The notes under the pieces: model-generated
Databases searched by the model: none
The model's input: the letters and a program-made list of their open reading frames with translations, nothing else
Told to the model about the DNA's origin: nothing
Assembly (NCBI GenBank): GCA_047495785.1
Contig: JBLDXI010000032.1
Coordinates: forward strand, 2,976,001 to 3,040,000
DNA length: 64,000 nucleotides
Origin: Lepidodermella squamata
Taxonomy: Eukaryota; Animalia; Gastrotricha
Direction of reading: 5' to 3'
Made by a program: the position numbers and the translations under genes
In this document: one piece after another, positions 1 through 13,600 of the stretch
Layout of the letters: each line of letters opens with the position of its first letter
Position numbering within the stretch: position 1 is the first letter of the stretch

Positions 1-41
1 TTTATCTTCGTCTTATTTTTCGATTAAAAATTAAAAATTAC

Positions 42-1074
42 CTTGAGCTAGTGAACAGAACTCCGTTGACAGTTCCGAAGCAAGAAAGGGAGACAAAAAC
101 CGGCATAATCCACCACATAACGCCGTAAAGCTGTTCGCCGAACATCAGGCCAACAGCTCGCGAAAATTTAATATCCTCAGGCGAGACAGTTGTCAAATAG
201 GCGACATTGGTGAGGACATAGATGATGATGCAGCCAACCAAACTGATGCTGATCGCCTTGGTGAGGTTCTTCTGCGGCTCTTTCAGCTCTTCAATGACGA
301 AATTGAGGAAATTCCAGCCGTTGTAGGCGAAAAGGCCTTCGTAAATCGCGAGGGAAATTTTAGTCGGGCTTGTTTTCTCGATGCCATCCCACGGGTTAAG
401 GAAGTACTGGTAGTGGCCGAAGCAAAGTTGAACAATGCCGGTAATAATAATCAGAATAAGCGCTAGAACTTTGGCATAGGTGAAAATGTCCTGAATTCTA
501 GCCGTCAATCGAATGCTCCAGCAATTGACAAAGGTAATGACCAAAATACAAGCTGCGGCTAGTAGCGTGATATGGATCTGAAGGTCTGCCGTCGTAATAT
601 CTTTCTCGCAGGAGAAAAGCGGCCGAATAACGTATTGGGCGAATGTCAGCGAGACAATAGCGATTAGGCAAGGTCGGATGACAATGACTTCGACCCACAT
701 TCGAAGAAAGGCGAGGAAAGGACCGAAAGCCTCCATAATATAGGCATAATCGGCCCCGGATCGGGTAATTGTCATGCCAAGCTCGGCGTAGCAGTAAGCG
801 CCCAGCATTGAAATAAATCCGCAAAATGCCCATATTATCAAGCTTAGGCCAACACTTTCCGCATTCGTCAGAACACCGCCAGGGGTGATGAAAATTCCGG
901 ATCCTATAATTTTTTATTTAAAAAAACCAGGTCAATTTTTTACAGCTTACCGATAATGCAGCCAACGATGACAGTGCAGCCGTTGATGAGGCCCAATTTA
1001 GGCTTTAAGGTGGCTGACTCTTCATTGCTCGACTTCTCGGCGGCCGCCTTTTCAGCGTCTTTATCCGCTGTCAT
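42..1074 (-). CDS. SLC7-family (LAT/y+LAT-like) amino-acid transporter light chain, 5' exons; gene continues off the left edge
   Basis: Exon 1074-951 (MTADKDAEK...LGLINGCTVIVGCIIG), 47-nt GT-AG intron, exon 903-42 (GSGIFITPGGV..., AYCYAELG, SGADYAYI, GLFAYNGWNFLNFVIEELKEP, CFGTVNG...TSSR): hallmark SLC7 motifs. Confidence 0.92.
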
Positions 1075-2786
1075 TCAAATTGCGGTTTGTAAATAAAATC
1101 TGTTCACGTGATATACTGCATACAACAAATCCGGTTTTATATATATTGAAAGTGAGTGAAATTCCTCTTGATATATTACTTATCAATGTTCCAGCTTATA
1201 AAGAGATAAGAAATTCAGATTAATAATACTTTCTACTGTTATCTTTCGCCGGCGTCGCCTGAGTGAGAGTGGGTTTGAAGTCTCTAGGGAAATCTTTTTG
1301 CATTAAATTAAAACAATGCATTTCGCATAAGGACGTAAATAAATCTATAAGGGTATCAATCAACTCCAAGATTTTCTTGTCATAAAGCTCAACGTGAAGG
1401 TAATAAAACGTGAACTATCGACTATAATAGTGGTTGTGTAATTGATAGGCAACCTCATTTTTCATTATACTTATTTATGTGACCTAAATGATGCAATATT
1501 ATTTTGATATAAAACGTGATAGATGGAGTAGTTCGCACTTGAATTTGGCATGCAATTAAGCTATACACGCTCTACAAGGCGTTTGCCATTGATAAAATTT
1601 TTTTACAAACTTTTAAGGTCGTTGGGGTCATGCTTTTTCCTCTCATTTCGTTATTTTGTTTTATTTCGAACATAGCTCAACAAGTGATGGGAATTACACA
1701 CGAAGAAAGCATGAAGATGGATTAAAGTAAAAAACAGAATTTTCAATATAAACAATAGGTATTCTTGTGAAAATGTGAGTAAGTAATTAGGAATATTGAC
1801 TGTCAAATTTCTCGCCTGCGAAAGACAGCTATGTTTTAGTGCCCCAGCCAGACTGAGCGGTGTAAAACAATATTTATACAGCGGCGAAGTATTTTCGCTC
1901 CAAAATTACTCGCATTACTTGAAACCACGTGGCTTGGTTCTTTCTTGGAGAAGAGCTTGATGATATTGGACGGTTTTTCATTCAACTTTCCCAATGCAAG
2001 TTTACCAATGTGTAGCGTGCTCCCGTCTTCGAGAAAACAACACTCGACAAACAGGGCGCGCCGGAGGTCGTAAAGCTAATTAACCACCTGTTAATATCAT
2101 CGTCAAATAAAGCTTGAAAACAGTTAAGACCATGATTCGTATAGCATCCCGCGGATTAGATAGCGGATTTTGGTGTTGCTGTTTGGATGAAAGACATCTA
2201 CTGATGGAAGAGCTAAGTGCTAAAAATGGCCACTCCAGCGTGTTCCACGGGTTTGAATTACCCTGTTTACCAAAGGAGACCGAAATCAAGGATTAATTGA
2301 GGGAGTATGCAGTTTAGGTTGGCAGTTTACTAAGTTATGCAAATTTAAGGACCCTGCCTTAATTTTGCATAATCTTATTTCGCGTGATTGCAATAGGGAT
2401 ATCTCGCTAATGGTACATGCTGGTCACATGCGTTTTTTTCAGGTGGATGTTTATTCTTCTGTCTATTCGCTGGTACCTTTAGGTTCGACCCGGACCCAGG
2501 TCGGTGAAGCTGCAGGGCCTCAAAAAAAGTCGAAATTTTTTTATGCAGAATTAGGTTACCTTACCCTCTTCAACCAATAGCCGGATAACGGTGCCTGTTT
2601 TCAAAAGATCCGAATTTTTTATTTGACCTCGGAAAACTCGCATAGGCAGACGAATTCTCTTCAAGTTGCCATGGCCAGCCTCAATGCCCGCTTGATTTCC
2701 CAACTCTGATCCTAATCGAAGAACTACAATCGCCGCACTCCCGATGGAAATACTTACCGATATTTGAGCGTGTTTACTGTTTACTA

Positions 2787-2965
2787 CATAGAGAATAGAG
2801 TTACCAGAGATGAAACTCCCATTGGAAACTTGAAGTTTTAATTCGTTTGCTGATTTTCGTAAATTTTCGTTATGGCGGGTCTTTTTGAAACTCGCGCATA
2901 CATGTAAAAAGGCTGTTTTTCCTCGCGCTAAACCCACTATCCCCCATCATGGAATTTTGATTTTG
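2787..2965. mobile_element. Partial copy of the CATAGAGAATAGAG-ended MITE family
   Basis: Reverse-complement match to 11490-11674; a further short fragment lies at ~42233-42273. No second TIR found nearby. Confidence 0.7.
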
Positions 2966-4023
2966 ATTTGGAATTTGAATCGATGGGGATTGGTTTTAAC
3001 TACAACCAGTTCGAAGGAATCCGTACGAAAATGAACGGTTTTGACGCCATAGCGGTTTTCCCGAAGGTCACTTTTTGGGGGTTTAAAAATTTTCGGCTTG
3101 ACCCCACGGCCACATCCTTGATCGGACTATCGTTTTCTTTGGGGGAAATGAAAGATCTCAGTCCATATTATCACCATGTGAAATGGTTTGTTTACAAAAG
3201 CCACCGTTCAAAAACTATTCATGGGTTTCGGAAGCATTTTTTCCGGTATCTGTTATTGAATATGGCAAATTGCAAAGGCTGAAAATATTTTTTTTTAATA
3301 TTTCAAAGGAGACTACGAAATTTCCCCATTTTTTCCATACGAAGCGCGAACACGTTTTCTCATCCGAATGACGGCTGGAATGACGGCTGGGTGGTTCAGG
3401 TATAAAGCATCTAAACAAAAAAATGCATTCGAACAAATTTATCGAATCTGTCGTTGAACAAATTTATCGAATGGGACAAGTGATCAATAGAATGACCGCT
3501 TTGAACCGGCCTCAAAATCTGAACAGCTTCCCGTCAGTTAAAAGTAGGACATGCGCTGCCCTTTCGTATCATTTTATGGAAATCTCCTACTTTATATTCG
3601 TTCACGGAAAAAACTGGGTGATCCCCTGTGCTGGAACGCGAAGCAACGTCCGTTTTCTATATATAACTTTCCAAGTAATCACCATTATTACCGCTATTAA
3701 TAGCTGCGCCAAAAATTCCAGTTCGACACTGCTTAAGACCCGAGTCGGGGACATAGCTAAAATGACTGACCTCGATTCCGAGGTACAAACTTCAGACCAC
3801 AAAAATTATAAAGAAACATAATATCATAACCCCAAGAGATATTGTACGGTAAAATATTTAAGCGGTGAAGATTAACACAGATTTCTGGAGCGTTTTATTC
3901 GAAGATCTGTCAACAAAGCGACGCCTAGATACTTGGGGCATGCGACATAATTATACAACAAATTTAAGCATGCTTTGCACAACGAATATCATCCGAGTTG
4001 GAATGAGATGATAAGCGAAATAA

Positions 4024-5486
4024 TTAGCATAACCAATGTTCGCCGAGAGGCAAGTTTAATTCATATTTCTGCACATCGCACATCAATATGTTGTGCAATT
4101 TTTCGAAAGTTAAATGATGAGATGAATTTGAATCATCGCTTTGGGCTTCTGGAAAGTTAACTCGTAAGGACGCCATTATCGCGTCGATTATTACCAGCGC
4201 CATCCTTAGGAAAGACGAGCAGCCGGTTCCATCTGCAACAGCCTTCTGCTTGGCGTCAACTAGCTCAAGAGCCGATTCGCATAATTTCCGAATATGTGCC
4301 ATCTTTGAATTCATAGAAACAACACTTTCTGTTCGATTAGAAATTATTGATATTTTTTAATAATTTCAGATTGAAAAATGCCAACTATTGAAAGCAAGGA
4401 AGATGACCAAAAGAGAGGTTTCCAAAAATGTTGGGCTCCATTCCTCGAACAGATCCGCTAATGCAATTACAAGTCGATTGGTTTCCTATATTAATAAAGT
4501 AAATTTTATCAGGACGTCTATGGAAAAGCATTCAAAGCTCACCTTGAGACCGGGTCGAAGTATCTCGAAGAACGACAATAAATCCTGGCTGATTTGATTC
4601 TTGTTATCATTCGAGGATAGGGCGCTGAGCATGCAAGTAATGGCCACCATACTGCTGTCAAGAATCGATTGCTTCTCTTCCTCGTTTAAGCCGAAATAAT
4701 CTGCAACGAAATTATTCGAATTATCATACTTTAACCTCTAAAATTATTGAATTTTTGCCTTGCAAATTATCGACATAATCTGAGCCAGCCGAGTTTATAC
4801 GACGCAAATAATCTGTCAACACCGCGTTGAGACTTTCCGAGGTGATAGGTCCATGATAATCTTTCAATGGCAGCTATATAGCGAGAAATAGTTCGAAAAT
4901 TCAAGGTATAATGCGATGAGAAACTCACAAATTCAAGGTCGATCAATAATGGGAACGATTGAAGCGCGGTTTTAAGGAGGCCCTCTACCTCAATTGTTAC
5001 TCCATTTGCTGATTGCTGATCAGACACCGGGCTCATAACTGTCGCCTCGCCGATCGTTGAATCGCTACAATTCGATGAAGTGGACTCGCAGCTCCCAGTG
5101 GATGAACGAACTTTACCTGAGAAAATGACGACACAATTTTGGACAAAAAATCTGAATATAAAATTTACTGCGAAGGCCAGCTTTTATACATTTTTCCAAA
5201 CGACAGCGGCGGCAATTGACTCGGTCCTTTGAAGTGACTGGGCAGTCGAAATTTCCGCCGTTGCAAGTCAAAGCCGATCGTAGATGATAATTTCGGCTGA
5301 AATATTTCTGGCAAGCCGGACATGTATGCGGATGGTACTTGGCCTTACGCCTTACAGGTACATCGCAGACCTATATTAATATTAATAACACCATCGATAC
5401 CTAAAACATGGGTTATAGGGTTGTCTTACGCGGCACAGCTGGACGCGTTTCTGCTTTACTTCCTCAGGAATGGGTTTACGAGGCAT
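4024..5486 (-). CDS. Divergent nuclear hormone receptor (C4 zinc-finger DBD + LBD), about 7 exons
   Basis: Spliced: MPRKPIPEEVKQKRVQLCR|VCDVPVRRKAKYHPHTCPACQKYFSRNYHLRSALTCNGGNFDCPVTSKDRVNCRRCRLEKCIKAGLR, then a Ser-rich hinge, LBD-signature-like DYFGLNEEEKQSIL, FLETSLLVIFLAFN, and last exon 4024-4330. Confidence 0.85.
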
Positions 5487-7516
5487 TTAATAAAGCTACG
5501 AGAAAAAATTGCTTTTGAAGTTTTCAGACGCGTGGAGGAGAGGCCAATTTTTGGTTGAAGATACGTACATTTTTTATGACGGGCGTTCTCGCGATTTGTA
5601 CCCAGTATTTAAAAATTAGGTCGGCGGACGTTGCAAAAAATGGCCTCGAAACCTGACCTTATGCGAATAATGGTACATCAGCGTAACAAAAATCAGGCGT
5701 CCGAGTTTTTATTGTCGCCACCCAATTACTTACTCGAAGTAATGGACAATCAAGCTTGTACTTGGAATAAGGAAGGCCTGCCCTGTTCAAATATTAGGTC
5801 AACTGTCCCAATAACCATGTGAAAAATGCCGCAATAAAATAAATAGCATCCAAGTATTGTTCGATATCAACTTTTAAAGAGGCTTCATTTCTTTGATACT
5901 CATATAAATTTATTCGCAGCGTTTCCTAATACAAAATACGTGTTAGCCGGAAGATGAGCCGTCATGTCATGACGTCATTCGATTCCGATTTACGCTCCTA
6001 TTCGCGTATCGCGTAAATTGGTAACTTCTGGAGACCTGGTGAGCTGCGAATTTTTTTTTTTTTGATGGTGAAAAAATAATGTTAACAAATTACAAAAAGA
6101 AGCTATTGACCCCTCGATACTGAATTACGCTCTAAACCCAGCAGATCAAAGCCATCGAGTTTGTGAAATTCGTTACCGTAGTTGGCCCAAAATTTGGACA
6201 CTTCGAGCTTTGACCCTGAATATCAATCTGTAGATAACTGATAAAAGTTGAAAAATGTCACTGAAAAATAGCCCACTTCATGGGCTTTCCAGCGGTATCG
6301 AATTTGCCAATACACTCTCATGTGCTATCGATCTGTGAAAATCATCGAAGCCCGATGACTGAGAAAGGTATTTTGGGATCCCCTTGCCAAACGCTCACCT
6401 GTGAACGGTTGGGGCTGATTTTTTTGCACGGCAGGTGGACCAGTCAATACAAGTGAATTCAAATTTAGCCTCTAAATTTGGAGATTTAGATTTTTGATGA
6501 GATAATGAGATTTTTATCGGTATGTATATGCAAATGAAATGTATGATTTTTGTCAGGTTTTGAACACAATGGCAACGCACTGATGGAAGCTTGGAATTAG
6601 GTTCATGACTCCTGGCCTAGGCTCTGCTTTCATAATTCTGGCTGGAGAGCATAGTGATTGATAATGAATCCGAATCCGACGGCGCCGAATTTTTAATGAG
6701 AAAGATGAACAGCAGGTCATGTCAAATGACTATACACTTCCGGTAAAGATCAATAGTTCAGGGATAAAGAAACGTTATGACTTATTCAAACCTCAACCCT
6801 TGGTTTACCCTCAGATTGACATCCCTCCGTCTACTTTCCAAGCGAGGCTAAGTCCTTCAGAGACATTATTTTCACCTGGTTTATCATATTTTCGAGAATT
6901 GTCATGGTACTTCATTGAAATCAACCCGGGTAGTTACGGTGATAAATTAAAGGGCGGCTTTTTTACATGTAAAGTCACCTTTCACCTAAATACTAGATGT
7001 AAACATGCTTTAATCCGAGTTATCCAACGATATGTACCACTATTTGAAAGAAATTTCTATTCAGAGTCGAACATGTCCGAAATAAGGTTACACAGAGCCT
7101 CAGTGCATTATGGGTCCACCGTTCATCTCGCTAAACAGTTTAAACAGTAAAAGAAATTCTTCTAGCCGTCTAGCATAAACACGTGACAATAATTACATGT
7201 GTTCCAAACTAGAAAAAACAGACATCGGGCGAGACAAAAAACGATGAACGTTTCCGCCCGGACAATTGAATGTTCTTTAAGAGTAATGATGACATGCCAA
7301 ACATATTCTGAGGCATCTTTATAATTTATAAATAATCTGATTTCCATCCAAAAAGGCGGCGGACTATAAGCTGCTAACCTTCAGCAATCCTATTCCCAAG
7401 ACCTATATCGCATCAGCGTATTTGTTTAAATAGATTACAGGAACCAACAAAGCATTGGCTGCGCTTTTCATCAGCTTTGCATTATTATTATTATTTGAAA
7501 TTCAGACGCCTCAAAA

Positions 7517-9098
7517 ATGGACATGGCATGGCAGATTTTGTTAGAATTCTTGATTATCACGGGCGTAGAACCGACAGAAAATGACCCTCGCGATTGTTCA
7601 AAATATGGTTAGATTGCTCGTGATATTTTCAATTTTCTGCGAAGCTAATTTTTTTTAAACATCTATCAAGCCGTTCGGGAAATGGACATTATTCGATACC
7701 TGTTAAATTTGCATCCAAATTATTCCAGCGATGCAATGCCAAAGTCAAATGCCTCCGAAGTCATGAACGTCACAGTTCGATACCTTCTCTACAGCCTTGA
7801 AGAATTCGTGAGCAGACGCTTAGAATAACCTTTCAAAACAAAATTAAAAATTTTAATTTTAGGATGAAATTCAAGGGCAGTTGAATATCGATGGTTTTTT
7901 CACTGTGGTAAGATTTTAGACGTTGAAAAAATCAGCTCGACTGTTTATGACATTGAACCAGGGTTGGAAAGATGATTTTCTGCGTTGGGATGACATTTTC
8001 CCATTCAGCTGCGTACCCTGGATGTTGATTACCTACACCCCGATTTGGCGCCCAGTTTTTCGCGTTATTACGAACAGAAATGCCGAGTTTGAAGCGGCGT
8101 TGACCAACAGCCGGGTTTTACTCGGCGCCAATGGCGACGCTATGATGTTCCCAGTCGGAATAACCTCAACAGGCTGCGACATCGTGATGACCTATTTCCC
8201 GTTCGACACTCAAAAATGCCGCATAATTATCGATCAATTCTACTACACGACAAAGGAGCAAGTTCTCAAATTGCCCAAAGATGAAGAGGGCTTCGCTTTC
8301 GCAGGCCGAAATTTGCTGAAGGAGAATCGAATGTGGCAAATTATTGGCAATTCATCGCATGAAAATTTGCTGCAATACGGCGATGATCTGTTTACATCTC
8401 AGATCATTTTTTCGCTGACTCTCAAGCGAAAGCCTTTGTTTTACATTATCAACATCATATTCCCTAGTATTATCATCGCCTTGGTCGAAATTGTCGTATT
8501 TGCTCTGTCGAAGGCCGACGTGACTCGTCTCTATCTGTCTCTGACATGTCTGCTGGCGTATTCTGTTTTTCAAGTTGGGAATTTTCGCGATTTTTTTCGG
8601 CGGATGACGTTTTTTTGTCTGTTTTTAGTCGATGATTCTAGCCGATCTGCCTCGAAACGGAAATTCCATCCCGCTGATATCGATCTACATCGCGCTTCAA
8701 ATGGCTTACATCGGCGTTGTAGTGATACTAGGCGAGGCTTTTGTGTTCATTGTAGCCAATCGAGCTAACCAACCTGAGTATGAAATGGTAAAAAAAATTG
8801 AAAAAATCACAAAAAAATTACATTTCAATTTTAGAGCAAGCCCAACTCATTTCTGCTGAAATTCTCTGCAATATCAGGCCGGTTGTTCGCGCTGAAACTG
8901 AAAAAGAGTCGAAATTCTCCGCGTAATTTGCCCATCGCCGCTGACTTTGAAACTGCGACAAATAGTGAATTATGGATGTTTATCATAACAGTCATAGACC
9001 GATACGTTCTCTTCCTGTACTTGTTGTTAATCATTGCTACGCCAGCTCTTCTATTTCTAATGGTACCACCGTTGTTTGCAGAAAATGGCCATGATTGA
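7517..9098 (+). CDS. Cys-loop ligand-gated ion channel subunit 1 (nAChR-like, non-alpha, orphan)
   Basis: Signal peptide, IWRP, Cys-loop CDIVMTYFPFDTQKC, LKRKPLFYIINIIFP (M1), M2 RLYLSLTCLLAYSVFQ, M4 VIDRYVLFLY; about 6 exons. Confidence 0.9.
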
Positions 9099-9285
9099 AT
9101 GGAGATGAACTTTTATTCGAATAAAATCATATTCCTTATTGTACTGATTTTTTCGAACCCATTAAATTGATGAATCATATGATCGCTCGATCCCTAGAGG
9201 CCAAGGGTGAGGGGGATGATAGTGCACGAAATGGCAAATTTCGCATGTAATAATAGATCTTTCAGTACGTTCGTCATACAAAAAA

Positions 9286-10679
9286 ATGATTTCATCCCTT
9301 ACTGGCTGCTTCTTGTTGGCTGCAGTAATTGGCACCTGTTGCGCTCAACCAGACTTCTACAGCAGATTAGTGAAAAAATGCAGCCTGAAGGGTAGCTCTC
9401 CGCCTACTAATTACAAAACTTCACTGCCGATAAAATTCGCCTTTACTGGCCAGCGATTTCTTGGGATCGATGAAGTGAAAGCGACAATGTCTCTACTTGC
9501 GACCATTGAAATTTCTTGGCGCAATTATTGCGTACGAGAAAATTGGAATCTCTCGGTTACTAACCAGTCAATTGTTCAACCGGCTGGTAGCTTGTGGCGG
9601 CCAGAAGTAATTCTTCAATCAATAGCTTTAGCCCGGGAGTAAGTTTGGATTTATTCAATTAATGCGATTTCGGCCTTTCGGGTCACCCCACGCCCCATTT
9701 TTTATATTAATTTATTTTTATCTTCGCTGTCTCGTGCCATCAGTTAGGTAAAAACATTTCCAACTTCGGCTTCCAAAACCGCTAATAATATTGGAAAAAT
9801 CACTGAACTTTGAAATCGATACTTGCAATCGATATCGGCGCTTTTAGGGCGTAGTATAAGGATTCGGATATTCCCAATTTTCACTTCAAATTTTTTCAGA
9901 TGGCCCTCAAGTCAGAACCATATGAAGCTACATCCAGACGGATTGATGCATTTGACAATATCGCAGCAACTCGATGTTAATTGCAACATGGACTTCGCAA
10001 CCTTTCCTTTCGATTCTCATACCTGCAGAATAATTTTCGAAATGGCGGATAACACCCGAGCAGTTTACATGACGAAATTCACCTCTGCTTTCGATGCCCA
10101 ATTTATGCCTCAATCTAGCGGTTGGATTGCGGGAAATTCAGCAAATCAATTTAACAGCCGGCCCTTGGCAGATGGCTTGCACAACCGGCCTTCGGTCGCG
10201 CTTAAATTCACCCGAGTTTCAAGTTCCTATTTTGCGAAATTCATCCTACCGATTCTGAGCATAATGTTTCTTCAATTGGCATTTATTAGTAATTTTTTCA
10301 AATTTTTCTCGAATTTTTATTCATTTTTTTGTGAAAAGCCGTCGCTCGGAGATACCGGCCGTTTTTCAGCATTTTGATGCTCATAGCCAATCTGCTGTTA
10401 AACGTGACGATTCAAGATGTCATTTCAAAGTTCGGCCGACTTCCTTACATAGCTGCTCTACACAGCATTTCGATAACAATGTCAGTTCTCATCGCGTTGT
10501 ACACTCTGATTTCGATACCAGTCACGCGGTATGGCTACGGCGCTCGGCGAATCTATTGGCTTAGCGAAAAGGTGGCGCCAACGCTGGTCACTTTTACCGA
10601 TGGTTTCGTTTTCGCTCTCATGACAGCTTGGTCGCTGTTAGCTTGCTTTTCGGTTTTGATTGCAATTTTATCGAGTTGA
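9286..10679 (+). CDS. Cys-loop LGIC subunit 2 (highly divergent, minimal intracellular loop)
   Basis: Signal peptide, LWRPEV, Cys-loop CNMDFATFPFDSHTC, four TM segments; 3 exons. Confidence 0.85.
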
Positions 10680-10828
10680 ATAACAACGCCTAACGCCTAC
10701 CCTCGAAAATTAATCAAGAACCAAGTCAAATAAAGTTCTCGAACAACCGAAGTTTCAATCAATACGTAGTAGCAACGACTTTTTTGACGCTTGAATAGAT
10801 TTAACCCACCTGTGTGATACCTCTTGAG

Positions 10829-12913
10829 ATGATTTTCCATCTAATGTCATGGTTACCCGTATTTTTAATGGGCGTTGCTGCCTCAGATGAACAAAACCTC
10901 AACTGCGAATCAGCAAGTAAACTCAATTCAAGGGCAAGCCGGAGATAATCTTTATTTTTTCTGGTTTTAGATGTCACGGAAAGCGACGTATTTCGACTGT
11001 TGAATGATCTACATCCTTTTTACAACAAGGATGCGAGGCCCGTACTTAACCCGTTGAAACCGATCCTGATCAAGCTGGATCTAACGCTTTTCAGCATTAA
11101 AGATTTTGTGAATAATTGTTCACACGTATTTTCCAAGTTATTTTCATCGGTTTTTCTAAAAATAGGATGAACTCCGAGGAGATGTGCTTTTCCTTGGATT
11201 CTTTTCAATGGTGAGCTCTGATTTCATACAATTTTATGACCCAAATGCAAAATGCAATGTCGCTTAATCTGAAGCCACTTTTTGAGGTGTTGGGAGGCTT
11301 GCCCGTGTGAAAATAGCATAAACAATTCAAGTAAAAATTCTATCTTAAAAAATTTCATAGAGCAACCAGAGCTAAAGGCTTATGCAATATACTTTTACAG
11401 CCATAGAGAATAGAGAATAGAGTTAATAGAGTTACGGATTCCTTTCAACTGTTTGTAGATGAAACCGATCCCCTTAGATTAAAATAAAAAAATAAAAATT
11501 CCATGATGGGGGATAGTGGGTATAGCGCGTGGAAAAACACCATTTTTTACATGTAAACATGCATGCGCGACTTTCAAAAAGATCCGCCATAATGAAATTT
11601 TACGAAATCGGCAAAAGAATTAAAACTTCTAGTTTCCAATAGGAGTTTCATCTCTGGTAACTCTATTCTCTATGTTTACAGCATTGGTCAGACCAGTTTC
11701 TCGTTTGGGATCATCATTACCCGCATTCCTGTGTAAAATGGTTGATCGTATCTGATAGCCGACCAGTCTGGCGACCGAAAATTTCTGTTATTAGCAACCA
11801 ACAGGCGGAAATTCGGCAGGAAATCGAGGCGAGCGCAGTATCGCTAGAACGCGATGGCAGCGCTGCGTTCTACCCTGGTGGCCTATTCTCCTCCAACTGC
11901 GAGGTTGACGTGACCTACTTTCCATACGACACACAAACGTGTTATATCTACATCGAGGATGTGATGTACGGCGTTGAATTGGTCCAATTCGTACTTGCTG
12001 ATCCGCCATTCATTCAAGACATCAACTATTGGCAGGATAACAGAATGTGGCATATAGTTAGCAACAAATCGCAACTCTTGAATGCACGCTACCACCCTTA
12101 TGAATACAGTCGAGCTGAATTTAGGGTAGAATTGCGGCGGAAACCACTATTTTTCGCCGTCAACATCGTATTGCCTGGCTTGGTCATCTCAGCGGTTGAA
12201 TTTGTTGTATTCACCCTGCCTAAAGTTGACGTGACAAGGCTTTATCTATCCCTGAGTTGTTTATTGTCCTATTCAATTTACCAGGTAACGATTTTACAGA
12301 AATTACGCATCATTTTGAGCTGATTTTCCTTCAAATTTAGGCAATGATTTTCGGCGACTTGCCTCGAAATGGCAACACAGTACCACTTATTTCAATTTAC
12401 ATCGGTCTTCAGATGGCTTACATAGGTGTGATTGTAATTTTGGGCGAAGGTATCATTTTTCTGATATCAAACATGGCGTCATCGACAACACAGGCCATGG
12501 TAATTATATTTGTCCGGGATTTCGCTGAAATTTTAATACTTTTTGTACTCGAAAAGGTTAAACCGCCGGCTTGTTTGTTCAAAGTACTGATACTACTCGG
12601 CAGGCTGGTGTTTGTTCGGTGCGAAAGCGATTTGATAACTGCGTATCGCATGAGTGAAATCGATGGCAAGGCCCTTGTTTACGGTAAAATGTCTGAAGCT
12701 GTGTTTGCCTTCAGCTACACCACGACGAAGGGTGCGTTTTATCGGAGGAAGAAACCAGCAGGATCCAACGGTGAACTGTCCGATAACGAACTGGTGGGAA
12801 ACCGAATTTGGATGTTCATGACAACTGTCATCGATCGTTACATATTGCTGTGGTACTTATTAACGACGTTACTAACACCAATCGGACTTTTTATCTTATC
12901 GCCTAAATATTAA
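10829..12913 (+). CDS. Cys-loop LGIC subunit 3
   Basis: MIFHLMSWLPVFLMGVAA signal; NKDARP; VWRP; CEVDVTYFPYDTQTC; M1-M4 intact after splicing. Confidence 0.9.
11402..11674. mobile_element. hAT-like MITE in intron 3 of LGIC3
   Basis: TIRs CATAGAGAATAGAG...CTCTATTCTCTATG; 8-bp TSD TTTACAGC at 11394-11401 and 11675-11682. Confidence 0.85.
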
Positions 12914-13546
12914 AAAAAATCTATAATTTTTTCTTTTAGTTCAAGAAAGTGATTTGTGTTTGCGGTTCGTCTGATTTGAGGAAAAAACACGTTTCCCAAT
13001 TATTAGTACCAATGTGATTAGTATCACTCATCTTTTCATTGTCTTCTGCCGGCGATTTCACGATGTTTCCCGAACCCATCTATGAAAATACACTGGTCTG
13101 AAAATAGTAAAGAATGCGCATTTCTTCAAATAATTGCGTTTTCAGCTAATGATCACGAGGTTAATCAATTCTTCAATCCATTCAATTCAGCTTCAATTCA
13201 ATGGCGCACCTGGTTGATTGGCCAATTTCGAGGGAAAAAAGAAAACCAGTCCTTCTAATTTAAAAATCATTAAAACAAAATTGTAATTTGAATTACGGAT
13301 TAAGATAGGAGATGCTATATGTTAAAGAGAAGGTTTCTGGTTGCACCTGCATGCTCAATGAAAGATGACCCAAAATAGCAAAGACCTTCCCTATATGTAT
13401 ATAGTTGGCTCCAAGCACAGCCTTGTAAGTGTGAAAGCCATATTTAGACTAACACTTACAGAGTCACTGGGCCAGTAGATGTTCGTTAAGCGTGAGTCCC
13501 TACCGTCAAAAACGTCGAATTCACTCATATTTCAATGATAAAAAAG

Positions 13547-13600
13547 CAGAGCAAGTGACTCTTAATTCCAGGGTTGTGAGTTCGAGCCCCACATCGGGCG
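13547..13600 (+). pseudogene. 5'-truncated tRNA-Lys(CTT)-like fragment (pseudo-tRNA or SINE head)
   Basis: AGAGCAAGTGACTCTTAATTCCAGGGTTGTGAGTTCGAGCCCCACATCGGGCG resembles the 3' two-thirds of eukaryotic tRNA-Lys(CTT); the 5' acceptor strand and most of the D-arm are missing. Confidence 0.7.

Noticed and set aside
498-833. Alternative-frame and antisense ORFs over real exons (also 8352-8573, 18140-18511, 61821-62222)
   Set aside because: Shadow ORFs of the genuine coding frames.
1840-3950. Exon-like minus-strand segments (e.g. 3602-3802, 2080-2289, 1850-2075)
   Set aside because: Could not build a stop-free spliced model or recognise a family; probably a decayed gene interrupted by repeats.
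6719-7150. 143-aa ORF
   Set aside because: No recognisable motif or splice context; lies in repeat-like intergenic DNA.
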